Assembly (NCBI GenBank): GCA_964016885.1
Contig: OZ024740.1
Location: forward strand, 387,500,001 to 387,564,000
Direction: 5' to 3'
Source of the DNA: Eledone cirrhosa
Taxonomy: Eukaryota
Length of the DNA: 64,000 bases
A model generated the notes under the pieces. The model saw nothing but the letters and a program-made list of their open reading frames with translations. It did no database searches and was not told where the DNA came from. Positions 25,773 to 38,987 of the stretch are shown piece by piece; position 1 is the stretch's first letter, and every line of letters starts with the position of its first letter. The position numbers and the translations under genes are program-made.

Positions 25773-25984
25773 CTTATATATGTGAGAAAAACCACAGACC
25801 CTCCATCTCAACTCACCTTTTGAAAAGCAGAAGAACTGCGAAACCGGTAAAGGAACCAAATAAATATATATATTTAAAAAAAAAATAAGACTCCAGTTGC
25901 ATTTTCGATTTCATCTCTTTTTCTTTATACTTTCACTCGTGTAGGACACCTCGGTTATTTTTCATTTTGTAAAAAAAACCTCAC

Positions 25985-26036
<52 letters not shown>

Positions 26037-26498
26037 GAAAGGTATAGAAAACATTGTAGTGAAAAGCCAACAGTATTCCATAATATATAATTTGATTCCA
26101 TAATATATAATTTGATTATATATATAATATATAATTTAATTCCATAATATATAATTTGATTATATATATATATATATATATATATAATCAAATTAAAAGA
26201 TATATGTTTATATATATTGAGAAACACAAAATTCTAAATATATCTGTTATGTTTTCATCATCATTTATATTTAATGTCTCCAAACCTCTTAACTTGTTGA
26301 GCTCAGTAGCTATAATCACCGTTCAGATTTCTAGCGGTATTATCGTCCACCTTGTGGATATCTATTTGCCATAGGTTTAACATTATTTCATCATGTGTTT
26401 CTCAACATGGTGGTCACATTGAACTTAGCTGTGATATTCCCAGGTATATTGATTTATTTACCATTTTCATTCTATATTTCCCTTAGAATGGTGAGATT

Positions 26499-26623
26499 AA
26501 ACCTCTGATGAGTACTTGAGTCTCATGTGGTTTAATCATAATCAATAATTTGTCTTCGATGATCGAATATATTGATTGATTTTTAGCCATACTCTCCAGG
26601 TATGAAATAGTGCTATAAGGTTT
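26499..26623 (+). ncRNA. Hammerhead ribozyme with an intact core and a greatly extended stem II
   Basis: Stem I AAACCT/AGGTTT; CTGATGA at 26505-26511; stem II GTACTTG...CAGGTAT; GAAA at 26604-26607; stem III ATAG-TG-CTAT; cleavage after A26617. Confidence 0.7.
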
Positions 26624-26746
26624 TACTTACGATTCCATCTGTGTACATATTCTTCTATTGAATATGTATTTGGTATATATACAATATACTGAGTTTCTCT
26701 TACGATATATATATATATGATGATGATGATGATGATATATATATAT

Positions 26747-26747
<1 letters not shown>

Positions 26748-26777
<30 letters not shown>

Positions 26778-28636
26778 GGTTTAGCGTCCGTGTTCCACGC
26801 TTGCATGGGTTTGGACGGGGGTTTTCCCACTTGAGGCAAGAGTGGTTGTCTTGCTCGCATAGGACTGTCTGGCGGGTTTTCTACAGTTGGATGCCCTTCC
26901 TAACACCAACCACATTTACAGTGTGGGGCTGGGAGGTTTTTACCGTGTTGCCTACACGGCCACATTACAGCGTGGACTGTCTGGCGGGTTTTCTACAGCT
27001 GGATGCCCTTCCTAACACCAACCACATTTACAGTGTGGGGCTGGGATGTTTTTACCGTGTTGCCTACACGGCCACATTTACAGCGTGGACTGTGTTTTTT
27101 TGTCGTGACACCTACACGATCTCATTTGTTTCGGCCTGGATGTTGTGGGACCAACATAACTTTACATTGAAAGGGGCGGTGTGGATGGGGTGGAGGTGGT
27201 GGGACGGGGGTGTGTTTTGATAGAGATGCCTACTGACTGTAGTAGGTTTTTACTTTGTATTTAGGTAAGGCGGGTCTTCTCTATTACTGAGTACCGCCAA
27301 AGGTCTCGGTCCAGTGACATTGTCTTGGAGAGGTGTAAGCGTGTGAGGTCGGAATTTATCAGCTCGTCCCATGTTTTTCTGGGTCTGCCTACTCCGTGGC
27401 TACCGTCTATCTTTATTGCCCTGCACTTTGTTATACGGCTGTCGTCTTTCATGCGCATCACGTGACCGTACCAACGTAGCCTTCTCTCGAGTAAACAACA
27501 TCTGATCCCTCTTATTTCTAATTTTTTTCCTTAGTTCGTTTATGCTTTGCCGTTCACGTATATTACTATTACACATCCAGCGGAGCATGCAAGCTTCGTT
27601 CCTCTCTAGTCTGCGTATATCCTCTGCACACAATGCCCAGGTCTCACTGCCATGCAGCATTGCTGTTCGTATGCAGGCATCGTATAACCTGCCTTTCATT
27701 TTTAGGGAGAACCCTCTAGCGGCTAATAGTGGTATAAGCTCTCTGAACTTTTTCCATCCAGTTCTGACTCTAGCTACTGTACTTTCAGAGCACCCTCCCC
27801 CACTGCTGATTTTGTCACCCAGGTAACGGAAGCTGTCCACTATTTCTATAGAACCCTCTGCGCAGTTGAAGGAGCTAGTATTTTGTGGGCACTTGCTGCT
27901 ACTTATTGCACCAGAGCACCGGCCACATGTAAAATCTTACCTGTGATCCCACTACATCTTTTATGCACCCATACTTTGCATTTGGGACATAAAATGGAGT
28001 TTCTACCTACGCCTTTCCTACACACTGAGCATGGCCATTTCCCAGATGGCACCGCCGCCTTATTTTCTTTCCTACAAACTAGAACTTTAGTCTTAGCCAG
28101 GTTAATTTTAAGGCCTTTTGATTCTAGGCCGTGCTTCCATGTTTGGAATTTCTTCTCTAGTTCGGTCATTGATTCAGCTATGAGCGTTAGATCATCTGCG
28201 TATAGGAGTTCCCATGGGCAGCCGGTCTTGAACTCCTCTGTTATAGCCTGAAGGGCAATAATAAATAGTAGGGGGCTAAGAACAGAGCCCTGATGGACAC
28301 CAACTTTTACGCTAAACTCTTCACTATATTCGTTGTTAATTCTAACCTTACTGACTGTTTCTTTATACATGGCTTGTATAGCTCTCACAAGCCATTCGTC
28401 AACACCTAGTTTTCTAAGAGACCACCAGATAATGGAACGGGGGACTCTGTCGAAGGCTTTCTCCAAGTCGACGAAAGCTAAGTATAGGGGTTTACTTTTA
28501 GCTAGGTACTTCTCCTGTAGTTGTCGTACAATGAAAAGAGCGTCTGTGGTACTTTTGCCTGACACAAACCCGAACTGCATTTCATCTAGATCAATTCTCT
28601 CTCTGATTAGTTGCGCTATTACTTTTTCCGTGACCT
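26748..28636 (-). mobile_element. 5'-truncated RTE LINE, nearly identical to the 8318 copy
   Basis: ORFs 27903-28580, 27400-27840 and 27261-27461, the same 3' UTR and a (GAT)n tail. Confidence 0.95.
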
Positions 28637-28645
28637 ATATATATA

Positions 28646-28808
28646 TCATCATCATCATTTAATGTCCATTTTTCACGCTAGCATGGGTTAGACGGGTTTG
28701 TCCCATTTGAGGTAAGTTGGGTCAGGTGACCGTGTCTTGCTCATATAGGACTGTTTCTGGCTAGATACCTATGGTTGGATACCCTTCCTAATGCCAACCA
28801 CATTTACA

Positions 28809-28812
<4 letters not shown>
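28646..28812 (-). mobile_element. Short RTE 3'-terminal fragment
   Basis: catcatcatttaatgtcc...gctagcatgggttagacggg...ggatacccttcctaa. Confidence 0.75.
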
Positions 28813-28868
<56 letters not shown>

Positions 28869-30579
28869 CGTTTCTGAATTTGTTTAGCAAGATTCTTTAT
28901 CTGAAAACGTGTGTTGAAACCGATATTGTTATACTTTGGGAGGGTCATGTTGCCAATAAGAAACACACGCACCAGTTGCTTTCACTTCAATTTATTATAA
29001 ATTGAATTTTTAAATTCAGGAATTTATAAATTTCCGGTTGGTTGGTTGGTTCCACAACAAGACGATTGTTCATATATTGTCAAGGTTCTTTCGTTACACA
29101 TTCTGTGACCTCTTCAGTGACTGGGGATTCTTTTCTTTGTTTTTGTGCCTCTCCTTTGTTCTGTCCTATGCCATCTTGTTTTTGTGTGTGTTGTGTGCTT
29201 AGTTTGTGCATGTGTTACATATATATATATATAAGATGAAAATTAAAGATTGGATAAAAACTAGGAAAACGTGACAGAAGACTCGCACACTCAATTACTC
29301 GTTACAAGAAGTGCTGGAGTTTTCCTCTTTTAAACTTTGAAGGAAGACAAGGCATTCACATCATTGCAACCATTATTAGAGAGGCTAAGACGCTAAAATT
29401 ACAAAGCACCCTCACATACATCACCTGATATGTCAGTAAAGTGAGCTGCCAATGACAAGAACCTCATTATCAGCAGCCAAGTTCCCCACAAATGTCTCAG
29501 AAAAAAATTCAATTTTCTCCTAGAATCTGAAACTAATAATTTAATGCAATTAGTCAGTTATTCTTCCTCAGATATCTCTCAATTCTTTCCATTATTATAA
29601 ATTGAATTTAGCATTTACATTACTTTATCACATAATTATCTCACATAATATCGAATCTACGAGATTTTGATATTATTTATTTTTAGAAAAATACTTTAAT
29701 ATCAGTTTGAGCAGCTGATTATGGCTGGTTTGAACAGAAAAAGGCAAGAGAATTCTGGCCAGATACAGCCAGTTTAAATACTAAAGGGTTAATGGCAAAA
29801 AAATATTGACTAGATGGAAGGTCAGGACTTGTTGAAAATACATAACATGTTGCTAATCATTTCCATTTTTCATGGAATATATAAGTGATCATGAAAGTGT
29901 ATGCCATAGTAGTTAGGGTGTTTAGTTCATGATCATAAGGTCAGATTCCTGATGGCACATTATTTCATGCTGCTTTCAGTCCATTCAGCTGACAAGAATG
30001 AGTTGCATCTGTAATTGAAATGGTCAACCATGTAACACATTGTGCCATGCTGAATCTCCATGAGAATTACGTAATGAATGTATGCATCTGTGAAGTGTTG
30101 AACAACATACATGTTAGTTTCATGAGCAGGCTATTTCGTTTGAAAAGCTAGAACACTGGTCAGCAGAACCGATGGAGATCTGACAATTATTGACCACTTC
30201 CAGGTCTTGGAGATTTGTTGAAAGTTAAAAAAAAATATCACCAAGATGTTAATTAGTTTTGCTACTCACAATAAAGAATAGTGAGTGTAGGATCTGAATG
30301 TTGAGTTATATGGGTTAAGTTAAAGAAATATATCTAACATTTTTCTTGTTGCTTTCATTTATTTTTCATTTTAATAACATATGATAAAAAATATTGGATT
30401 CAGTTGACAAATGTCTTTCCTTCTACCATGTTTTTACCAAGGAGTCACTAGTTAAAGATATAGACATAACAAATTACAGAAAACAAAATTTCATATTATA
30501 AGCATGTGCATGTTTGTGTGTGTGTAGACTTCCACATTCAGTGATACTTGATGATACTGTAATATTTTAATGAATATTA

Positions 30580-31060
30580 CCATGAGGTTCAAGTACCTTG
30601 GGGCTGTGTTCATGAGTGATGGAAGGCAGGAGGCTGAAGTAAGTGCAAGAATTAAATCATGAATCTTGGGTAATGTCCAAAAGAATACAATCACAAATAC
30701 AAGCAACTGAATTGGGTACTTCCAAAGGGTCTTTGGAGTAATGTTACTTGATAGAGTGTGTAGCTTAGAAATCAGAGAGTTGCTCCAGGTAGAGCTGCTA
30801 CATCTCTGAATTGAGAGATCACAGCTCCAGTACTACCGATATGTGGTTAGAATGTCTAAGGAAAGAATCGCTGGACAGATTTTATGGGCAAGACCAACCA
30901 GCAGGAGACCCAAGAGTAAAGAGTAAACCTCAAGCAAGATGGTTGGATAACAGGCATGAGCTTGGCTGTCTCACTTGGGGATCCAGCCACATCAACTGGA
31001 GATGGCTGCTTCTGATAGAACCCACTGAAAGGCATGCTTGAGGACTTTTCTCCCACAACC
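30580..31060 (+). mobile_element. Old RTE-like LINE fragment
   Basis: RFKYLGAVFMSDGRQEAEVSARI and a decayed IERSQL...VVRM...KPQARW. Confidence 0.6.
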
Positions 31061-31924
31061 TTCCTTCAAATAAGTGAGTAAAGAAGAAGACTCAACAAAT
31101 TATAACAAATACATTCTTTATTATCATCTTTATTTTGTGTATTTAAAATAAGTCAGCATAGAGAAACTGCATCACTTGTGGATCTGTACCAATAATGAGA
31201 TTTGAACAGATAATTTCAAACATCTGAAACACTCCTTAGTTATACATTAGTTATTACTATAGCAGATAGCTATACTATCTTATCACATGAAACTAGGGCT
31301 CGATTAACCATTAAGTAAAACAAGTACATGCTTAGGGCATCAAAAGAAGAGGGAAACCATTTTATTAAGATTAAATGTATTTGTCATTGAAAAAAAAAAA
31401 GAATTGCAGATTATATATATATGGTGAGGGGCACCATAATATTTTAAGTGCTTATGACTTCAAAAGGACTTAATCCAGCCCTGAAAGTTACCCACTCATT
31501 GTAAGGTGACTAAGCCAGTAAGAGAATTAAGTTTCTTGATCATGGACACAAAGAAACACTGAAGATGGCTCACAAATTTAAGGAATATTCAACTCCAATC
31601 AATCCAAGAAATGAGATTTCTCTAAATGTAGAATAACATAAAAAATAGTGTTTTATCAGAAGGCTACAGTAATGCAATTATGACATTGAATGTTAAAATA
31701 ATAATAACAAAGTTATTGAAATGTTACCTTGGAGATGTTCAATTACTTCCTAATATTTTGAAATAAAATCCTTTCAACATAAGAAGAGTTTAGAAAATCA
31801 AGTTGGAACAAGTTATCTTGTCGCTCTTATACTGTGGCCCTGTACAAAAACACTATTTTCTATATTTTCTACAATGCTTCAATCTAACAACAACAATCTT
31901 TTATACAATGTATGTATGTATGGT

Positions 31925-32246
31925 CCCATAACTCCTGATAAAGTCGTAGGGGTACCATATTGACATACAGCGTTTCTTGGGCATTTTAAGACTGGGAGAG
32001 CCCAACCCTCTCCAGGTCTGAGTACAGCAGATTTCTTCCAGAGAAAGATAAAAAGTGAGAGAGAAGAAATGAGAGAGATATAGAGGAAGAATCCACCCCG
32101 GTACTAGAATGGTGCTTTTTTTATCGACCTAGAAAGAACGAAAGGTAAAGTGAACCTCAACAGGATTTGAATTGAGCGAGTAGAGAGTCGGAATGAATAC
32201 CATAAAGCATTCTATCCAACGTTCTGTCGACTCTGTCAATTTGCCA
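31925..32246 (-). mobile_element. Composite SINE (same family as 46944-47265)
   Basis: Reverse complement of the 46944 element. Further copies at about 49715-49990 and 51200-51410. Confidence 0.8.
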
Positions 32247-32808
32247 CCTTTTTTTTTTTTATAGAATAACACATTGCAAAACTTATTGTCCAACATAGAT
32301 TCCTTTCTGGGGGGCATCAATGGTAATTACCTTCAACTGAAAATCAAAACTATATTGCAGCTTCAGTTTGCCTAATATGTAGTGCTACTTGATAACTAAC
32401 AAATGAAACATTAACAACATTTTTCTAAAACTGTATTTTCTTTTGAAATGCATGTGTCCCAACGCAAATGACCATAATAATAGTTGATCATTATAAATAT
32501 TAGTTGAGAAATCAAGTAAAATACTCCTGAAGAACAAAAATATTGGTCAGATATGCCTACATGGCTGAGTTTAATTCATCACAAGCTTCTCTGTCCACTT
32601 TTTTCCATTTGCCCAATTTTCTCAACTATTATTTTTAGTGATCAATTATTATTATGTTTATTTGCGTTTGTATGAACACATTTTGAATTTCAAATTTTCT
32701 CAATACTTTTTAAATCAATCACTACTTTGTAGTTTCTTTGTTTTTATTTAAATATTTAACTTTTTCCAGTTATGATTTAAAACAATGTCCTGTCTATATT
32801 TTTTTTAG

Positions 32809-32976
32809 GGATTATATAATGAGTTTCCAATGCCTCCAGCAATGCATCCAACAGTAAGAAGAGAATGTGACTTGGGGGTGGAAAAGTGCATTAATGAAGT
32901 TGCTAGCTTTGAGAAATTTAGGAGATCCTCAGGAAAGTTAGAAAGGGTTACTGAAATAGACGAGTTTGAATATTTG
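32809..32976 (+). CDS. Coding exon 2 (GLYNEFPMPP...DEFEYL)
   Basis: Poly-T tract + AG acceptor, open phase 0 to 0, donor TTG|GTGAGA. Confidence 0.8.
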
Positions 32977-33902
32977 GTGAGATTGATTTATCTTTCTTCA
33001 TATCATTTTGTTTGTTACTAATAAGCCAATTTTGTCAATAATGATGGCAGTAGTGGTGAATATATTTCATTTTTGGAGTCCAGGATTGATATCCCATATA
33101 TAACAGGAATACTAGATATATATGAACAATTAGACAAACTAGGAAATATGCATATTGGTAAATTTATGGTTTACACAAGATTGGTTTCTTGCTCTCACAT
33201 AGCTGGTTACACAAATGTATTTATGAATTTTATATTGAATAATAATAATAATATTCAATTCATTTGCAAGCAAACAGCCTCATTTGCTATGTTTTTTAGA
33301 TGATTGCTGTCATCCGTTTGTTCTAGCGGTGGCATAGAGAAACAGTCAATAGAAACTCTATAATTTTTATTGATAATTGACATGTGGAATTAAAGATAAG
33401 AATGATATTTTAATAATTTATTTCTAGATTATAATTACTTAAATCTTCAGCTTATATGTACAAATGACATACAGGATTAAATGTATGAGTAACTTTGGAA
33501 AAACAACTATTTACAGGGATAAATCTATGGTTAGAACCCAAGACCTTGTGATTGGAAAGCAAACTTCTTAAACTTTTTATTGTAGCAACATGACTTATAT
33601 AGAAAATGCACTGGTGCATGTGTGTGTAAATTTTAAATGGGTTACAGACAGATATATATATAAATAAACAAACATTTATGGCATATTATTATGGTTGATT
33701 CTATTATTCTTTTACTGGTTTCAGTCATGAAACTGTGGCTGTACTAAGGCACCACCTTGAAGGGTTTTATTGAGCATATCAACCCCAGTACTCTTTTTTT
33801 AGTTTTCTATTTATTTTATCAATTTCTTTTTGTCAAATCACTAAGTTACATGACACAAAGAAATGGGAAATGTAAACACACACACATGCACATTTATATA
33901 TA

Positions 33903-34064
33903 CGACAGGCTTCCACACTGTTTCCATCTACCAAAATTCACTCTCACAGCATTGGTTAACCTTGATGCTATAGTAGAAGACATTTGCCCAAGGTGCTGTG
34001 CAGTGGGACTGAACCCAAAACCATCAGGATGGAAAGCAAATTCCTTAACTACCCAGCTATGCCT
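33903..34064 (-). mobile_element. tRNA-derived SINE of another family (+ strand copy at about 34790-34942)
   Basis: tRNA-like head with GGTTCAGTCCC and body ccttgggcaaatgtcttctactatag...ggtagatggaaac. Confidence 0.6.
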
Positions 34065-34204
34065 GCAGTATTTTTTTTTCTTAGTTACAAGCACTAAGTG
34101 TAACAATGTTAGTAGAAATAGCAAAACAGGTTGAAGCAGCAAGTCAATGAGGGAGCCACAAACAGCTAAATTAGCAACCAAACCACACCTTACCATTAAT
34201 AATA

Positions 34205-34592
34205 ACTGTTTCTACATTTGGCACAAGGCAAGCAATTTGAAGGAAAGGGGAAAGTTGACTAAATCGACCCCAGTGCATTACTGGTACTTTACTTTATTGA
34301 CCCCGTAAGGATGAAAGGCGAAGCTAACTTTGGCGGGATTTGAACACATGACGTAAAGGGCCGTAACTCTATGCTGCAAGGCATGTTGTCCAACAATTAA
34401 TAGTAATTGTTTCTACTTTTGGCACAAGGCCAGCAATTATCCCAGTGTATTACTGGTGCTTTATTTTATCGACCCCGTAAGGATGAAAGGCAAAGTTAAC
34501 TTCGGCAAGATTTGAACTCAGAATGGCAAGGGCCGTAACTCTTTGCAGCAAAGCATGGCGTCAGACCCTCTACCGACACCGCCAATCCACCG
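34205..34592 (-). mobile_element. Two tandem SINEs of the 6109 family (others at about 47958-48150 +, 51470-51660 -, 54770-54945 -, 56535-56730 -)
   Basis: Repeated tgtttctac...ggcacaaggc...cgaccccgtaaggatgaaagg...gatttgaac. Confidence 0.85.
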
Positions 34593-35279
34593 TAATAATA
34601 ATGATAATAAAAACATTAGAAATATACATTGAGAAAACTGAGAAAGCTTATCTGGAGGTAAGCCAAAATGACAACTATAATGGCAATAATATATATTACT
34701 GATATTGGTACAAGGCTAGAAATTTATATTCTAGAGGAAATTATTCAACATATTTTCATATATTGTGTGTATGAATGTTGATGCAACATGCTGGAATAGT
34801 TAAGAGGTTTGTTTCACAATCATAAGATCCCAGGTTCAATCCTACTCTGTGGCATCATGGCCAAGTGTCAGGGATCATATCTTTGAGGCAACCCAAGCCT
34901 TGTGAGTAAAATTGTGTAGACAGAAACTGTTTTGAAGCCTGTTGGATGAACTGTACCTATAATTCAAAAGCCTTGTCACACATACTGTTATATAAAATCT
35001 CCACGAGGAGTACATTAAGGGTGTGCATGTATATGGAATATTCAACCACTTGCACATCAATCTCATGAGTAGGCATTTCCATTGACCAAACAGCTGAAAC
35101 CACTTCCACAATGGAATCATATGTAGGTTGATTCCATTGTGGAAGGAGATCCATAGTACCTATTGGAAAAGCACAACATAGATTTAAAAGTTAAGTGTGT
35201 AGATCTTGATTTTCTATGCTATGTGATAGTAATGAAAGGTAAATCATAGACAATGAATGTAGGAGAAAACCTGCAGCAA

Positions 35280-38200
35280 CATCATCATCATCATCATCAT
35301 CATCATCATTTTACATTTGCTTTTCCTGCTTGCAAGGGTTGGACGGGTCCTATTCAGCACAGCATCTCTCCACTTGTCACGGTCCTTCGTCATCTCCTTG
35401 GTGAGTTTCAGCGATCTGAGGTCTGCTCTCACCACCTCCGCCCATGTTTTTCATGGTCTACCTCTACTGCATCTTCCTTCTACTGGGATTTCTTGGCACT
35501 TCTTTACCTAGTAGTCATCCTCCATGCGCATCACATGTCCATACCATCTCAGCCTTCTCTCCTGCACACCACAACTTATCCCTCTTATACCCAGTTTCTT
35601 TCTCAACTCGTCTGTTTGGTCGTTCACGCACATTGATATTGCACATCCAACGGAGCATACTTGCTTCATTTCTCTCCAGCTGTCGCATATCTTCTGCAGT
35701 TGTTGCCCATGTCTCACTACCATGCAGCATCACACATCTCACACAGGCATCATATAACCATCCTTTCATTCACAGAGAGAAACCCTTCTTTGTCAACAGA
35801 GGAAGCAGCTCCCTAAACTTCTTCAAACCCATCCTTATTCTAGATACTATGGCCTCGGAACACCCCCTCCCATGCTAATCTGATCACCTAGGTACCAGAA
35901 GATATCAACCCCTTCTATAGAACCCATCTGCATTGGAAAAATGTGTCTATCACTGCAATTACTACTGCCAACTTTCCCTGTACCTCTACTGTATACGTAG
36001 TTTTCCCTACCTGTTAGTTTGCCTGCTATCCCACTACATCTCTTGTGTACCCAAGATCTGCATTGCATACATTTTATGGAATTTATGCCAGTTCCTTTCC
36101 TACATACCGAACATGGCCATTTCCCCGATGGAATCAGAGTATTGTCGTCTCTTCTATTTATCAACACTTTTGTTTTAGCTATGTTCACTCTCAGGCCTCT
36201 TGATTCCAACTGCTGTTTCCATAGCCAGAATTTATTCTCTACCTCCTCTACTGATTCTGCTATAAGAACCAGATCATCAGCATAGAGAAGTTCCCATGGG
36301 CAGCCAGTCTCAAACTCCTCTGTTATGGCTTGGAGGACTATAATGAACAAGAGTGGGCTGAGGACCGAACCCTGATGTACACCTACTTGTATCTGGAATT
36401 CCTCACTAAACTCCATTCCTATTCTCATTTTACTGACAGCACCCCTGTGCATAGCTTGCACTGTCTTCACAAGCCATTCCTCTACACCTAGTTTCCTTAG
36501 GGACCACCAGATGACAGATTGGGGTACCCTATCAAAGGCCTTCTCTAGGTCAACAAAGTATAGTGGCTTATTCTTCTCTAAGAACCTCTCTTGTAGTTGC
36601 CTCACTAAGAAGAGGGCATCTGTTGTACTTTTTCGAGGCACAAAACCAAACTGCATTTCATCCAATTTGACCCTTTCTCTAATCAGTTGTGCTAATATTT
36701 TCTCTGCCACTTTCATAACCTAATCCATTAGCTTTATGCCCCTATAATTACTCCTCTCTAGAGCATCCCCCTTACCTTTGTAGCAATTTATGAGAATACT
36801 GCTGCACCAGTCTTTGGGTATGACACCACCATATATAGCTTGATTAACAATGTATGCAACTAGTTTAGTGCCTACTTCTCCTGATGCCTTCAGCATCTCA
36901 GCAACTATCCCCGACGGTCCAGCAGCCTTATCATTCTTCATTTCCTTAATTGCCTCTTGTACCCTATATTCGTCAATCTCAATAGCTGGTCCCTCTGTCG
37001 AGTCTACTGGGGGTAATTTCTCTCTGTTCCATTCGTTCTCCACATTCATCAGTCTCTCATAATGACATTTCCAGGCCTCCTTTTTTTGATCATTCATGAC
37101 ACTAAGTACACCGGCATCATTCTGGACACACTTATCTCCAACAACATCCTGATTTGCACTGACACACTGCCTTGTAATGTGGAACACCGCATGCCTCTGA
37201 TCTTCCCATCGCAGAACATTGGCAAACCTCCTACTCTCAGCCTCCCTGCATGCTAAGTACACCTGATATCTAGCTTCTCTCTTAGTGGCTGTGTATCCTT
37301 CTCTACTCCCACCATTTTTCCAAGCCTTCCATGCCAGTCTTTTGTCTCTAGTGGCCCTATCTACCGTGCTGTTCCACCACCAGGTCACTCTCTGTCTGGT
37401 TGAAGCTCTGCCCCAACCACAAGTTTCTTCAGCAGCCTGCAGTAAGTTGTCACGCAAGAAATTCCAGTTATCATCTATGTCATACAACTCTAAATCGTCT
37501 TCTTTTTCGTCATACACATTTTGAAGGGCTTTGCTAAATTTATATTTTAATGAAAGGTCTTTTAGCTTCCAGACCTTTCTTTTCCTGTATGTCTCATTCT
37601 TTCTCTTGCTTACTGAGATGTCATTAATGAGTAACCTATGCTGTGGGGTACATTCTTCCCCGGGGTATGCCTTAGTATTTGACACCATCTGTCTGTCTCG
37701 CTGTCTAACTAGCAGGAAGTCAATTTGGCTTATGTGCTCGCCTGATTTGTAGGTTATTAGGTGGTTGGTAGGCTTCTGGAAATTAGTGTTGCAAATGGTT
37801 AGTGCATTTGCATCACAAAATTCAAGAAACCTCACTCCTTCTTCATTTCTTGAGCCATAACTGTGCCCACCATGTACCCCAGTGTATCCATCCTGGAGCT
37901 GTCCAATATGTCCATTGAAGTCCCCTGCTAGCATAACGATGTCTCTGTTCTCTGTCATTGCAGTTGTTTGTAAAAGTTGCTCGTAAAAGCAGTCTTTCTC
38001 TTCTTTACCTAGGCCTACCTGAGGAACATAGGCAGAGATGATTGGTAGTAGTCTCTTGCCTACAACTAATCTAAGCTTAATTATTCTATTACTAACTTTA
38101 ACTACCTCTATTGTCTTATTGATCCATCTCTCAGCCAGTAATATGCCCACCCCACCTAACCCATCATCATTACCCACCCAGAAAAGCTTATAACTATGAT

Positions 38201-38870
38201 GTTTGCCTGTGATTAGTCTTGCAGAGGTACCTCTCCATCTCACCTCTTGCACACAGCACACATCCACATGCCTTCTCTCCAGCATCTCCACTATCTCACC
38301 AGATCTACCTGTTAGAGTGCCAACATTAAGTGTGGCAACTCTGAGATGTGATGTCTCGTTCTTTTTCCTGTTGTGCAATTGCCCGATGACGGTCATGGGG
38401 TTCTCACACATGGCCTCACTAGCCCCCCCCCCCCTACTGTGGGCAGCCCTAACATGATTAGTGCTATTGCTGTTTACGCAGTTGTTTTTGTGCGATTGCT
38501 TGATGACGGTTGGGGGTTCTCGCACATGGCCGCACCAGCCACCCCACTACCGTGCGCAGCCCTAACATAGTTAGTGTTATTGCTGTTGACGCAGTTGTTG
38601 CAATTCTTATTTGCTGTGCTCATAATTTTGGCATTAATATATACTGGTTGGATGCCCTTCCTAACACCAGCACCACTTTACAGCATGGACTGGGTACTTT
38701 TATTCGTGCCACCAGCACTAGAGAGGTTGTTTTACTGGACTCAGGGGCCCTCTTTACCCCTCCCCTCCATTTTACAGCATGGACTAGGTGCTTTTATTCG
38801 TGCCACCAGCACTAGAGAGGTCGTCTTACTGGACTCAGGGGCTCTATCCACCCAGTATAATAATTCACTT
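35280..38870 (-). mobile_element. Near full-length but disrupted RTE LINE (second subfamily) with a 5' region and very short 3' end
   Basis: ORF 36720-38525 (complete APE: TLNVGTL, VQEVRW, AGDFNGH) continues after a stop into 35847-36716 (RT + PHD-like). (GAT)n tail at 35280-35308. Confidence 0.92.
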
Positions 38871-38934
38871 TGTTGAGCTTGGTAATGTTCTCATACCAAT
38901 TCTACAACCAGTCTTCTGAGCAATAATTTCCCAA

Positions 38935-38984
<50 letters not shown>

Positions 38985-38987
<3 letters not shown>

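Noticed and set aside
31294-31483. hAT-like MITE (tagggctcgattaa...ttaatccagccctg)
   Set aside because: The TIRs are imperfect and no TSD is visible; too weak to call.
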